A DNA stretch of 64,000 bases from Vulcanimicrobiota bacterium (GTDB lineage: Bacteria; Vulcanimicrobiota; Vulcanimicrobiia; Vulcanimicrobiales; Vulcanimicrobiaceae): contig CAVTCS010000003.1 of the NCBI GenBank assembly GCA_963733295.1, forward strand, positions 2,880,001 to 2,944,000, in the 5' to 3' direction. The notes beneath the pieces are model-generated. The model was not told where the DNA came from and made no database searches. It worked only from the letters and a program-made list of their open reading frames with translations. Made by a program: the position numbers and the translations under genes. Shown here one piece after another: positions 50,532 to 60,588 of the stretch (positions within the stretch are counted from its first letter, which is position 1; the number at the start of each line of letters is the position of its first letter).

Positions 50532-52073
50532 ATGCTTCGAGTGTTACGCGTTGTAATCGGGGCCGTGATTTTCTTCGTCGCTCCTCTTTCGGCGTACGCG
50601 GCGGGTGGAATCTCGTCGACGATCACCGTCCTGCCGCCGGATACGGTAGGGATTTCGCTCGTCCAGGGTCCGGATGGCAACCTATGGTTCTCAGACGCCA
50701 ACAACGTGAGCGCGAGCAACGCGTATATCGTGCGCATCGGCCCAGGTGGAGCGCTCTCGTTCTTTCCGACGCCGCTGTTGAGGCTGCCCAGCGGACGGCT
50801 CGAGCGAACGATCGTGTGGGACATCGCAAACGCTCCACATGGTGGCAACGGCGCTTCGCTTCGCTCGAGTCCGAAGCTGCAGCCCATCCCGGTGCCTTCG
50901 CAACTCGTGTTCTATTGGCTCACTGTCGACAACGTCGATTCGCCTACGACGAGCGAGTCTGGCTTAGGCACGGTCAACGTTGTGCGTCCCTCGGTCATCA
51001 ACGAGTACGGGGCGCAACTCCCCGGAGATCCGCTCTACTCCCCAAAGCTGACGCCGGATCCGTTCGGACTCGGTCTTGCATCGTCGGCCTCGCCACCGTA
51101 TGTATGGCTGTATGCCCATGGCCCCACGTCGAGCAATTCGGCACGAGAGTTCGTTGCGGGATACCGTTACCCGTTCGTTCCCTCGACGCCGGTCACGGCG
51201 TACCCGATCGGAACGACGGCCCCGCCGGAGTTTTCCAGCGGTAATATGGCGACGGGTGTCGACGGGAATGTCTACTTTACGAGCCCGATTGGCGCGATCG
51301 GGCGGATCGATTCGGCTGGAACTGCGGAGTTTGCGCCAGGCGGATTCTTGGCCGACTACATCTTCGCCGACGACAGAAATCTTTGGGCGACGGGCGGCAC
51401 CACTTTGGCGCGCTTTACTTATTTCGGATTGATGACGGGGAGCTTCAATGACCTCCCGTTCTTCGATCCCCTTCGCAATGCCGCCGCCGATGGCACGTTT
51501 TGGTCGCTCGCGCGCGACGGCGTGAACGGCATCTTCTACTTCACGCGTCGTGGGGACTCGGGACAACTGACACTTTACGGCGTGCGCAGCCAGCTCGCTG
51601 TCGGTTATACGTTTCCGACTTCGGTGGCCGTCGCTACGGACGGCACGGTTTGGGGGACGTTTTGGAATCCACTGCCCAAGCCGCACGTCTCCACGCTCAT
51701 TTCGATGAAGTCCAATCGCGTCGGACAAACATTCCCCCAGCAGCTGACGCTCGGCGCCGGCCAATCCGCGCTGGTCGCAGTCTCGGAGACCAACTACGGT
51801 GGTACAGCGTTCACGAGCAGTCTCCCGAACTCGAATTGCCCGCTCACCGTCAGTCCCGGTGCAGCCCGGGGCACGTTCGTCGTGGGCGCCACCTCGGCTC
51901 CGTACTTCGATTGCGGCGTCCTTTTCACCGATCCCGACGGCGTGGCAGTGTGGCTACCGGTCGTGACTCCCGGGCAACCGCCTGGCGCACGCCCGCGAGA
52001 AGGGCTCGACGTTCGCGCAAGGCTCTTTGGAAAGGCCTTACCCGTAAACGAATTTTCGCGCAGCGCGCTCTAG
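50532..52073 (+). CDS. Secreted protein with Vgb-lyase-like beta-propeller repeats
   Basis: Signal peptide (..AYA); GPDGNLWFS, GVDGNVYFT, ADGTFW and TDGTVW repeats. Confidence 0.72.
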   Translation: MLRVLRVVIGAVIFFVAPLSAYAAGGISSTITVLPPDTVGISLVQGPDGNLWFSDANNVSASNAYIVRIGPGGALSFFPTPLLRLPSGRLERTIVWDIANAPHGGNGASLRSSPKLQPIPVPSQLVFYWLTVDNVDSPTTSESGLGTVNVVRPSVINEYGAQLPGDPLYSPKLTPDPFGLGLASSASPPYVWLYAHGPTSSNSAREFVAGYRYPFVPSTPVTAYPIGTTAPPEFSSGNMATGVDGNVYFTSPIGAIGRIDSAGTAEFAPGGFLADYIFADDRNLWATGGTTLARFTYFGLMTGSFNDLPFFDPLRNAAADGTFWSLARDGVNGIFYFTRRGDSGQLTLYGVRSQLAVGYTFPTSVAVATDGTVWGTFWNPLPKPHVSTLISMKSNRVGQTFPQQLTLGAGQSALVAVSETNYGGTAFTSSLPNSNCPLTVSPGAARGTFVVGATSAPYFDCGVLFTDPDGVAVWLPVVTPGQPPGARPREGLDVRARLFGKALPVNEFSRSAL

Positions 52074-52714
52074 AGCGCTTGTTCGCCGATGTCGGCGCGC
52101 AGTTCGGTCAGGTGGCCGGTGTAACACTCGTCGAGCACGCGCAGCTGCGTACCATCGCGTACGAGCGTGGCGAAGGCCGCGTTTTCGACTTGGACTTTCC
52201 AGAAGTCGTCGAGCGGCCGGTCTTCGGCGGCGAGCAGGGCGCAGCGTACGACCGCGTCGTGCGTGATCGCGAGGACGTCGTCGTCGGTTGCAACGAGCGA
52301 TGCGGCGAAGTCCGACCAGCGCGCCGAAACCTGGGCGAGCGTTTCGCCGTTTTCGAATGCGACGTGCGCGGGGTCTTCACGCCAGGTGCGATAGCGCGCG
52401 GGGTCGTTGCGCGCGAGCTCGTCGCGGTAGCGTCCTTCCCACGTGCCGTGCGCGATCTCGATCAAGCGCTCGTCGGTCTCGACGCGCAGTCCTAAGCGGT
52501 AGCGCGTGAACTCTGCGGTCGCCGTGCAGCGCAAGAGCGGGCTCGAGACGATGCGCGCCGGGAAGGGATCGCCGCGCAGCGAGGCCTCGAAGAAATGCTC
52601 GGCCAGCGCGAAACCTTGCCGTACGCCGAGCGCGGAGAGTGCGGACTCGAGCCGCCCTTGATAGCGCCCGGCCAGGTTCCAAGTCGTCTCGCCGTGGCGC
52701 GCGAGCCAGATCAC
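52070..52714 (-). CDS. Histidine phosphatase family protein, probable phosphoserine phosphatase
   Basis: RHGET, YQG, SSPLLRC, EIAHG and THDA motifs; GTGA overlap with serA. Confidence 0.88.
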   Translation of the reverse strand: MIWLARHGETTWNLAGRYQGRLESALSALGVRQGFALAEHFFEASLRGDPFPARIVSSPLLRCTATAEFTRYRLGLRVETDERLIEIAHGTWEGRYRDELARNDPARYRTWREDPAHVAFENGETLAQVSARWSDFAASLVATDDDVLAITHDAVVRCALLAAEDRPLDDFWKVQVENAAFATLVRDGTQLRVLDECYTGHLTELRADIGEQAL

Positions 52715-54321
52715 ACGTCGAGTGCGCGCACGCTCGAGACGCCCTCGATGGACCGCAGCCGTTCGAGCGTGGCCTCCTCCGCGGGCCGGTCGATCGCGAG
52801 TATCATCAGCGCGTCGCCGCCGGCGGCGTGCCGCCCGACTTGCATCGCCGAGATGTTGACCGCGTCGGCGCCGAGGATCGTGCCGACTTTACCGATCATG
52901 CCCGGAACGTCGGCGTGACGCGTGAGCAGCAGCGAACCGCTCGGGATCGCATCGGTTTCGAAACCGTCGATCGAGACGATGCGCGGGCCGCCGAAGGCGA
53001 TCGTTCCGGCCAGCGAGGTTCGGCCGCCGACGACGCGCAGGGCCGCACCAAATGAGTCGGCGGCCGCGTCGGCACGGACGTCGACAGTCAAGCCGAGCTC
53101 GCGCGCGATCGCGCCCGCGTTCACCATCGAAACGCGGCGCTCGGTTGCCGTCTGCAGCAAGCCGGTGAGGAACGCCGTGACGACGGGCGCGGAATCGAGT
53201 TCGGCGATCCGGCCTTCCATCGCAAGCGACATCGCACCGAGCGCGCTCGAGCTGTCGAGTTGCGGGAAGAGCCGGCCCATACGATACGCCAGGTCGACGA
53301 AGGGCCGTAAGCGGTCTGCGTCGGGTCCGTCTGCGACCGGCGCGTTGACCGCCGCCATCGCCGCGCCACCGAGTAAGACGCTCGCGACGTCTTGCGCCAA
53401 CTCGACCGCGATGCGCTCGAACGCTTCGACCGTCGAGCCCGCTAAGTGTGGTGTCGCGACGACCTTCGGATGAGCGTGGAGTTTCGCGCCGGGACTGCCG
53501 GGCGGCGGAGGCTCGACCGCGACGACGTCGAGCGCCGCACCGGCCAGAGCGCCGGCGTCGAGTGCCGCCAGAAGCGCCGCCTCGTCGATCAGCCCGCCGC
53601 GCGCGCAGTTGACGATCCGCGCGTGCGGTTGCAAGAGCGCGAGTTTCTCGGCATCGATCATGCCGCGCGTTTGCGCGTTGAGCGCTGTGTGGAGCGTCAC
53701 GATGTCGGAGCGCTGCAAGAGCTCGTCGAGCGGCACGAGCTCCGCGCCGAAGGCCTCGGCTCGCGCTTTCGAAATGAACGCATCGGTGGCGAGGAGCTTC
53801 ATGCCGAATGCAGCGGCGCGTTGGGCGACCGCGCCGCCGATTCTCCCGAGCCCGACGATTCCAAGCGTCTTATGCGCCAGCTCGGTGCCGGTGAAGGCCT
53901 TGCGGTCCCACGCCCCTGCACGCAGCGAAGCGACCGCGGCCGGGACGTGTCGCACCAGCGCGAGCATCAGCGCAAAGGTCTGCTCGGTCGCGGCGAGCGT
54001 GTTCGCACCCGGCGTATTGAGAACCACGATGCCGGCATCCGTCGCGGCCGCGACGTCGATCGCATCGACGCCGACGCCGGCACGCGCGACGACCGCCAGC
54101 TTGGGACCATGACGCAGCAACTCGCGATCGACGCGCGTCTCCGAGCGTACGATCAAACCGTCCGCCTCGAGGAGGGCGGCGGCGAGCGATTCGGGTTTGC
54201 CGATGCACGAAACGATTTCGATCCCGCGCTCGCGCAACACGGCGAGGCCGCTCTCGGCGAATGGTTCGGCGACGACGACGCGGGCGCGGGAGAGGCGGGG
54301 CCGATTGGGGGGGCTAATCAC
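52711..54321 (-). CDS. serA: D-3-phosphoglycerate dehydrogenase (long form with ASB and ACT domains)
   Basis: IVRSET, RAGVGVD, GLGRIG, NCARGG, TPHL and DVPGMIGKVGTILG motifs. Confidence 0.96.
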   Translation of the reverse strand: MISPPNRPRLSRARVVVAEPFAESGLAVLRERGIEIVSCIGKPESLAAALLEADGLIVRSETRVDRELLRHGPKLAVVARAGVGVDAIDVAAATDAGIVVLNTPGANTLAATEQTFALMLALVRHVPAAVASLRAGAWDRKAFTGTELAHKTLGIVGLGRIGGAVAQRAAAFGMKLLATDAFISKARAEAFGAELVPLDELLQRSDIVTLHTALNAQTRGMIDAEKLALLQPHARIVNCARGGLIDEAALLAALDAGALAGAALDVVAVEPPPPGSPGAKLHAHPKVVATPHLAGSTVEAFERIAVELAQDVASVLLGGAAMAAVNAPVADGPDADRLRPFVDLAYRMGRLFPQLDSSSALGAMSLAMEGRIAELDSAPVVTAFLTGLLQTATERRVSMVNAGAIARELGLTVDVRADAAADSFGAALRVVGGRTSLAGTIAFGGPRIVSIDGFETDAIPSGSLLLTRHADVPGMIGKVGTILGADAVNISAMQVGRHAAGGDALMILAIDRPAEEATLERLRSIEGVSSVRALDV

Positions 54322-54410
54322 GAGCTTTCGACGATGCGGCGACGGTTTGACGGTTCATGCGCCCTTGAACGTTGGTTGGCCTTTGCCGGGCCGGCCGTTT
54401 TGATGCCGTA

Positions 54411-55616
54411 ATGGCGCACGCGCGACCGGTAAAAGTGTGGGAAGCCCCACTCGCGGGCCTGCTGGCCGTCTCGCTGATCGCTCAAACGTTGCGACCGCAC
54501 GCGACGATCTTCGCGAATTACGCCTATTTCGCGCAGTCGCTGCTGCGCGGTCACCTGTGGATCGACGACTGGCCCGGACCGCGCATCGATGCGGTGTTCT
54601 ATCACGGCCGCTACTATATCGTCAACGATCCCGTGCCCGGTTTTCTCATGCTTCCGCTGGTCAAACTCGCCGGCTTGCACGCGAGTCAAACGTTAGTTGG
54701 CGTAATCTTCGCAGGCATCGCGATGGGTGCCGCGTGGAAGCTCCTCGCCAACCTCGGCGTATCGGTTTCGACCAGCATCTGGCTGAGCGCGTTCCTACTG
54801 CTCGGGACCGACCTTTGGTGGTGCAGCTCGCTCGGCGACGTGTGGTTTCTCGCGCAGACGTGTGCCGTCGCGTTCACGCTGCTCGCCCTGCTCGAGCTTT
54901 CCGGCAAGAACCGTTCGTGGCTCGTGGCGCTTTGGTTCGTGCTGGCGATCGGCTCCCGCTTCACGATGGTGATGGCGACGCCGGTGATCGTTTGGTTGAC
55001 CTTGCGCGGCGGTCTTCGCGCCGACGGGTCCACGTCGCCCTCAACGCGCGTCGAACCTCGCCGCTTGATTGGGCTGGGCGCCGTGTTCGTGCCGGCCTTC
55101 GCGCTCTGGGTCGCCTACAACGAGGCCCGCTGGGGCGTTCCTTGGGACAGCGGCCACACGATCTTTTACCATCAAGACTACCTCGCGGGTTCGCCGACGG
55201 GCTCGCCCTTCAACATTGCTAACGTGCCCATGCAGCTGTGGTCGTTCCTGATCCAGTATCCGAAATTCTACCCGGTGTATCCGTTCATCGTGCCGCGTCC
55301 CACCGGACTCGCGTTGACGTGGTGCAGTCCGGCGCTCATCTGCGCCTTTTTCGCGCGCCGTCCGCGCGAACTCGTCATCGCGATGTGGACGGCCACCGCA
55401 CTCGTCGCGATTCCGTCGCTGCTCTACTTCGTCAACGGCTATGCGCAGTTCGGCATGCGGCACGCGCTCGATTTCGAGCCCTTCATGCTCGTGTTGATGG
55501 CGCTCTACTTGCGCGAGCGCTTCCCGCTCTGGGCGAAGATCCTGCTCGCGTACTCCATCCTTGTCGGGGCCTGGGGTGTTTGGTTTTGGCGCATTTTCTA
55601 CCGGCCGAACCGTTGA
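54411..55616 (+). CDS. Multi-pass membrane protein, putative GT-C-fold glycosyltransferase (paralog 1)
   Basis: Many hydrophobic segments; YNEARWG and QFGMRHALDFEPF; strongly similar to the next gene. Confidence 0.7.
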   Translation: MAHARPVKVWEAPLAGLLAVSLIAQTLRPHATIFANYAYFAQSLLRGHLWIDDWPGPRIDAVFYHGRYYIVNDPVPGFLMLPLVKLAGLHASQTLVGVIFAGIAMGAAWKLLANLGVSVSTSIWLSAFLLLGTDLWWCSSLGDVWFLAQTCAVAFTLLALLELSGKNRSWLVALWFVLAIGSRFTMVMATPVIVWLTLRGGLRADGSTSPSTRVEPRRLIGLGAVFVPAFALWVAYNEARWGVPWDSGHTIFYHQDYLAGSPTGSPFNIANVPMQLWSFLIQYPKFYPVYPFIVPRPTGLALTWCSPALICAFFARRPRELVIAMWTATALVAIPSLLYFVNGYAQFGMRHALDFEPFMLVLMALYLRERFPLWAKILLAYSILVGAWGVWFWRIFYRPNR

Positions 55617-55662
55617 ACGCGCCAAGGATGTGCGACACCCGGCTGGAAAGCGGCGCCGGGGT

Positions 55663-56877
55663 ATGACAGCGATCGACTTTGCGAGTCTTCGCCGCAACAC
55701 GGCGATCCGGCCGGTGATCGCCGGACTGCTCGCATTCGCCGCCGCGTACATCGCCTCGCACGGCCGCTCGACCCCGTACAACAACTACACGCTCCTCGCC
55801 GATGCGATCTTGCACGGAAGGTTGTGGATCGATTGGCCGGGCGAAAACACCAGCGACGCGCTGCTCTGGAACGGGCAGCATTACGTCATCGAAGCGCCGC
55901 TGCCCGGACTGCTCATGATCCCGGCGGCGATCTTCTGGAACGCGCAAGCCAACCAGACGTATCTTTCGCTTCTGCTGTGCGGTTGCGCGGTCGGCGTCAT
56001 CTACGCGCTGTTGCAGCGCCTCGGCGTCGAGTTCTGGCCCGCCTTCTGGCTCACGTTGTTCTTCTTCGCCGGAACCGACCTGTGGTGGTGCGCGCAGCTC
56101 GGCGACGTGTGGTTCATCGCGCACGTTTCAGCCGTGCTGTTCACGATGCTCGTGCTCTTCGAACTGGCCGGCCCGGCGCGCGGCTGGGTCGTCGCGCTTT
56201 TGGGTGCGTGTGCGTTCGAGTCGCGCTTCTCGATGGTCATGGCGATGCCGCTCTATCTCTATTGCGTCGGCCGGGGCGGCCTCTTGCTGCCCGATCGCTT
56301 CCAGCTCTCGCGTCTGCGCGGGTTCGCGACCACGTGCGCCGTCGTGGCGGTGCTCTGGGTCGCGTACAACGAAGCGCGTTGGGGCTTACCGACCGACATC
56401 GGCTACACGGCTTGGTTTCATCACGACTCGTGGGGCCAACGCGAAGGCTCGCCCTTCCGCCTTTCCTACTTCCCCTACGAAGTCTATTCGTTCTTCATGC
56501 GCCCGCCGGTGCTCGTCGAATGGCTCCAGCAGGCGCAGCCGCCGTACTTCAAGGTCGACGTCAACGGCATCGCGCTCACCTTCACGAGCCCCGCGCTGAT
56601 CCTCGCCTTCTGGTCGAAAGCGCCCCGCAACGTGAAGATCGCGCTCTGGATGACGATCGTGCTCGTCGCCGGGCCGTCGTTCTTCTATTACCTCAACGGC
56701 TGGTATCAGTTCGGGATGCGTCACGCCCTGGACTTCGAGCCGTTCCTGCTCGTGTTGATGGCCTTTGCCGTGCGCGACCGCGTGCCGCGCTGGGCCAAGG
56801 CGCTGATCGTGTATTCGTGCCTCGTCAGCGTGTGGGGGATCTGGTACTGGAACGCGACCTATCGCGCCGGTGACTAG
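55663..56877 (+). CDS. Multi-pass membrane protein, putative GT-C-fold glycosyltransferase (paralog 2)
   Basis: Shares GTDLWWC..LGDVWF, WVAYNEARWG and QFGMRHALDFEPF with paralog 1. Confidence 0.7.
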   Translation: MTAIDFASLRRNTAIRPVIAGLLAFAAAYIASHGRSTPYNNYTLLADAILHGRLWIDWPGENTSDALLWNGQHYVIEAPLPGLLMIPAAIFWNAQANQTYLSLLLCGCAVGVIYALLQRLGVEFWPAFWLTLFFFAGTDLWWCAQLGDVWFIAHVSAVLFTMLVLFELAGPARGWVVALLGACAFESRFSMVMAMPLYLYCVGRGGLLLPDRFQLSRLRGFATTCAVVAVLWVAYNEARWGLPTDIGYTAWFHHDSWGQREGSPFRLSYFPYEVYSFFMRPPVLVEWLQQAQPPYFKVDVNGIALTFTSPALILAFWSKAPRNVKIALWMTIVLVAGPSFFYYLNGWYQFGMRHALDFEPFLLVLMAFAVRDRVPRWAKALIVYSCLVSVWGIWYWNATYRAGD

Positions 56878-56960
56878 CGGCTTCGTCAGCGAGGGACGCG
56901 CCGAAACATCGGGGATATCTCGCCTGTAGAGGCGTAGACGAAGCCCAGTCCTCGAGGAGT

Positions 56961-59147
56961 GTGAGCGTGAAAGTGTTCCGTTCGGCCCCAGCGGTCGCGC
57001 TGGCGCTGTTTGCTGCCGGTGCAATCGTCCTGCCCGCGCTGGCCGCTTTGCCGCCCGCGCCGGTCGCCAAACAAGTCCCGGTCACGGATGACTATTTCGG
57101 AACGAAGGTCGTCGATCCGTACCGCTGGATGGAGCAGCCGAACAATCCGGATCTCGCCGCCTACTTGAAAGCCCAGAACGATCGCACGCGCGCGATTCTG
57201 GACTCGATCCCGGGCCGCAAGGCTCTTTTGGCTCGCCTCACCGCGCTCGTCGACACGGTGACGTCCTCGTCGGGCGTCATACGCAAGAACGGCGCCTATT
57301 TCTTCGAACGGATCACCCCCGACTCGAACTTAGAAAAGTTGTACGTTCAGGAACCCGGAAAGGCGCCGCGCGTCGCGTTCGATCCCACGACGCTCGGATC
57401 CGGCGAGCACCACTACGCGATGTCGTACTTCATCCCGTCGGACGATGCGAAGCGGGTTGCGGTCGGCCTGGTTCCCGACGGCAACGAGCCGGCGACGGTC
57501 GCACGCGTGCTCGACGTCGCGAGCGGTCAGCTCGGCGATACGCTGCATGGCGCTGACTTCGGCGCGACGTCGTGGAGCGCGGACGGCAAGACGCTGTACT
57601 ACCTGCGTTTTCAAGATCTCCCGCAGGGCGCGCCGCCGACCGCGCTTTACCAAAACATCCGGACGTACGCTCATTCCCTCGGCACTCCGCAGAGCGCCGA
57701 TCGCGCGGTCTTTGGAGTGGGCACGACGCCGGGAATCGCGATCGACCCCAACGAGGCTGCGATTGGTGCTGTCGACGCCGGCTCCGCCTGGGCCTTCGGC
57801 ATCCTACGAAGCGGCGTGAGAAACGAAATACGGGTCTACATCGCGCCGAAGAGTACGTTCGGCACCGCTGCCGTGCACTGGACGCCCGTTTGCGACTACG
57901 CGGACGGCGTCACCAACTTCGACATTCACGGTGACACAATCTACCTGCTGAGCAACAAGAACGCGCCGCGCTTCAAAGTCCTCAAGACGACTGCCCTGCA
58001 TCCCGACGTGGCGACGGCCTCGGTCGTCATCGCTCCAGGCAGCCGCGTCATCGACACCATCGGAACGGCCAAAGACGCGCTGTACGTGACCTCGCGCGAA
58101 AACGGAAACGGCAGGATGTCGAAGGTCGACTATACGAGCGGCGCGGTGAGCGAGATACCGTTGCCGGTCGACGGAACGATCAGCGACTTCTCGACCGAGG
58201 TTCTGCTGCCCGGGTTCGTCGAGAAGCTCGAAGGCTGGACCGTGTCTCCTCAATGGTATTCGTACGATCCGGCGACCAACGTGCTCTCCAACACGCACCT
58301 CGACGCGCCTTCACCCGTCGACTACTCCGCCATCACGTCGGACGAAGTGCAGGTTCGCGCGCGCGACGGCGTGATGGTGCCGCTCTCGATCGTTCATCGC
58401 AAAGACCTCAAGCTCGACGGTTCCAATCCGACGCTGCTCTACGCGTACGGTTCGTACGGGTTGAGCTCGCAGCCGTATTTCTCAGCGGGCCGCATCGCGT
58501 GGCTCGAACGGGGCGGCGTTTACGCGGTCGCGCACGTTCGCGGCGGAGGCGAGAACGGCGAGGAGTGGCATCTCGCCGGCAAAGGCGCAAACAAGATCAA
58601 CACGATCAACGACTTCATCGACTGCGCGAAGTGGCTGATCGAGCACAAGTACACTTCGCCGGCAAAGCTCGGTGCGCGGGGCGGAAGCGCCGGCGGCATC
58701 ACGATGGGCGGTGCGATCACGCAGGCGCCCGAACTCTTCGCCGCGGTACTCGATGAGATTCCGGTCTCCGATCAGCTCCGCATCGAATTCACCGCAAACG
58801 GGCCGCCGAACATCCCGGAATTCGGTTCGGTCAAAACCGAAGCTGGATTCAAGGCTCTGTACGCGACGAGTGCGGTGCAACACGTCGTTCCCGGCGGAAA
58901 GTATCCGGCCGTCATGCTGACGACCGGCGCCAACGACCCGCGCGTCGATCCGTGGCAGGCAGCGAAGATGACTGCGACGCTGCAGGCCGATAGCACCAGC
59001 GGACATCCCATCCTGCTGCGCGTCGACTACAGCGGCGGACACGGACTGATCGGCGCAACGAAATCCGAAGGCGTGGAGCTGGGTGCCGACGAGTACAGCT
59101 TCCTTCTGTGGAACATGGGCGTGCCGAGCTTCCAACCGGCGCTCTAG
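56961..59147 (+). CDS. Secreted prolyl oligopeptidase (S9A)
   Basis: Signal peptide; DPYRWME, VRGGGE.GEEWH, GGSAGG (Ser), NDPRV (Asp) and GGHG (His) motifs. Confidence 0.95.
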   Translation: MSVKVFRSAPAVALALFAAGAIVLPALAALPPAPVAKQVPVTDDYFGTKVVDPYRWMEQPNNPDLAAYLKAQNDRTRAILDSIPGRKALLARLTALVDTVTSSSGVIRKNGAYFFERITPDSNLEKLYVQEPGKAPRVAFDPTTLGSGEHHYAMSYFIPSDDAKRVAVGLVPDGNEPATVARVLDVASGQLGDTLHGADFGATSWSADGKTLYYLRFQDLPQGAPPTALYQNIRTYAHSLGTPQSADRAVFGVGTTPGIAIDPNEAAIGAVDAGSAWAFGILRSGVRNEIRVYIAPKSTFGTAAVHWTPVCDYADGVTNFDIHGDTIYLLSNKNAPRFKVLKTTALHPDVATASVVIAPGSRVIDTIGTAKDALYVTSRENGNGRMSKVDYTSGAVSEIPLPVDGTISDFSTEVLLPGFVEKLEGWTVSPQWYSYDPATNVLSNTHLDAPSPVDYSAITSDEVQVRARDGVMVPLSIVHRKDLKLDGSNPTLLYAYGSYGLSSQPYFSAGRIAWLERGGVYAVAHVRGGGENGEEWHLAGKGANKINTINDFIDCAKWLIEHKYTSPAKLGARGGSAGGITMGGAITQAPELFAAVLDEIPVSDQLRIEFTANGPPNIPEFGSVKTEAGFKALYATSAVQHVVPGGKYPAVMLTTGANDPRVDPWQAAKMTATLQADSTSGHPILLRVDYSGGHGLIGATKSEGVELGADEYSFLLWNMGVPSFQPAL

Positions 59148-59156
59148 CCACGCAGA

Positions 59157-60572
59157 TCACCGCTCGAGGGCGGCCTGGAGCGGTGGACGAGACTTGCGGA
59201 GTAGGATGGCGAGTACGACCGCAAAAACGACGATGAGGCCGTAGCGCAACCCCACTACGATCGGCGACGGTGGAACGTACGAGGTCAACATCGCCTTCGC
59301 AATCGGCCACGTTACGAAGAAGACCAGAACGGGCGGTTCCGAAAGGATCGCGTACGGCGCTCCCCACGCGAGATACCACGGGAACGCGAAATGGCCGAAC
59401 GCGAGAAACGACCACGAAGCTCCCGCAAAGTATCGCCGCAGCGTAAGGGCGAACGCAACGGCGAAGAGAGCCACGGCCACGACGAGGATTTGCAGAACGC
59501 GCATTTCTATCGGGATGGCTCCGCCGTAGATGAGATACCCTTGCCGCAGAGCCCACTCGTAGTCGGGCCCGACGAGTACGAACGACAAGACCAGGGCCAA
59601 TGCCGCCGACCCCGCAGCCGGAATCGCGCGGCGCATGAGGGTCGGTTCCGCTGCGAACGCCAGCATGGCGCCCACGATGAAAGGAAGCTTGATGAGCCCC
59701 GCGGCGGCCGCCAGTGGGACCGCGAGCCAAAGACGTTTGCGGCAGGCTGCTGCAGCGAGCACGAACGCGACGCCGGTCAGATCGTTGTGACCGTCGACGA
59801 CGTAGAAATCGTAAACGACGGGGTTCAAGATCAAGAGCGCCGGAAGCAGCAGCGTTCGTTTCAGCGAGACGAGCGCGCCCGCACAAGTAACTAGAGCCAG
59901 GATTTGTACCCAGCGGAGCGCCATCAGCTGCGCGAGCAGCGAGTGCGCGCCCGAAATCGCGAGCTTCGAGAGCGCGATCCAAAGCGGTCCGTAGGGACTC
60001 GGGTGGATCGGCACGCCCCACATCTGACTCACGGCCGCATCGATTCCGGAGAGTGGAACAGCGTCCGGGTGATACGCCGACGGTCCGGCCAACGCGAGAC
60101 CGATGTAAAGATAGAGATCGTCTCCCGACATCGTCTGCGCGCGCAGTCCGATCGCCGATAGCACGACCGCGCCGGCAAACACGATTACGCACAGGCCGGG
60201 AGGAAGTCCGGGTATGTGTCGCAGCGCGAAATAGAAGCCTGCTAGCACCGCGCATTGCAGGATGGCGATCGCATCCAGCAAGGTCAGCAGCGACGGGTTC
60301 CAAGCAATGTGATAGGGTGGAAATTGAAGCACGTACGCCAGCGGCAAGTCGGCGAACCAGGCCGGCACCGGCTGCGGATTCTGGTGCGCGCCCATGTATT
60401 CGAGAATGTACCGCTCGCTCGCGTAGAGGCCGCATGTCAGGACGCACAGCGCCGCGACAACGACGGTCGTGCGCGCAAGATCCGGTGCGCTCTTCGGCGC
60501 CTCGCCGCGCTGCGGACGGCGAAAGAACGACGCCGCTGACAGCAAGAGGATCAGGATGTAGGTGAGACCCAT
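59157..60572 (-). CDS. Membrane glycosyltransferase, MptB/GT87-like
   Basis: SGDDLYLY, SPYGPLW, LNP, GHND, IK and PWY motifs in a multi-pass membrane protein. Confidence 0.75.
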   Translation of the reverse strand: MGLTYILILLLSAASFFRRPQRGEAPKSAPDLARTTVVVAALCVLTCGLYASERYILEYMGAHQNPQPVPAWFADLPLAYVLQFPPYHIAWNPSLLTLLDAIAILQCAVLAGFYFALRHIPGLPPGLCVIVFAGAVVLSAIGLRAQTMSGDDLYLYIGLALAGPSAYHPDAVPLSGIDAAVSQMWGVPIHPSPYGPLWIALSKLAISGAHSLLAQLMALRWVQILALVTCAGALVSLKRTLLLPALLILNPVVYDFYVVDGHNDLTGVAFVLAAAACRKRLWLAVPLAAAAGLIKLPFIVGAMLAFAAEPTLMRRAIPAAGSAALALVLSFVLVGPDYEWALRQGYLIYGGAIPIEMRVLQILVVAVALFAVAFALTLRRYFAGASWSFLAFGHFAFPWYLAWGAPYAILSEPPVLVFFVTWPIAKAMLTSYVPPSPIVVGLRYGLIVVFAVVLAILLRKSRPPLQAALER

Positions 60573-60588
60573 CGTTCAAGGCAGCGGC

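Noticed and set aside
55659..55664. GGGTAT as a SigB -10 box
   Set aside because: It overlaps the start codon of the gene it would drive and has no -35 match.
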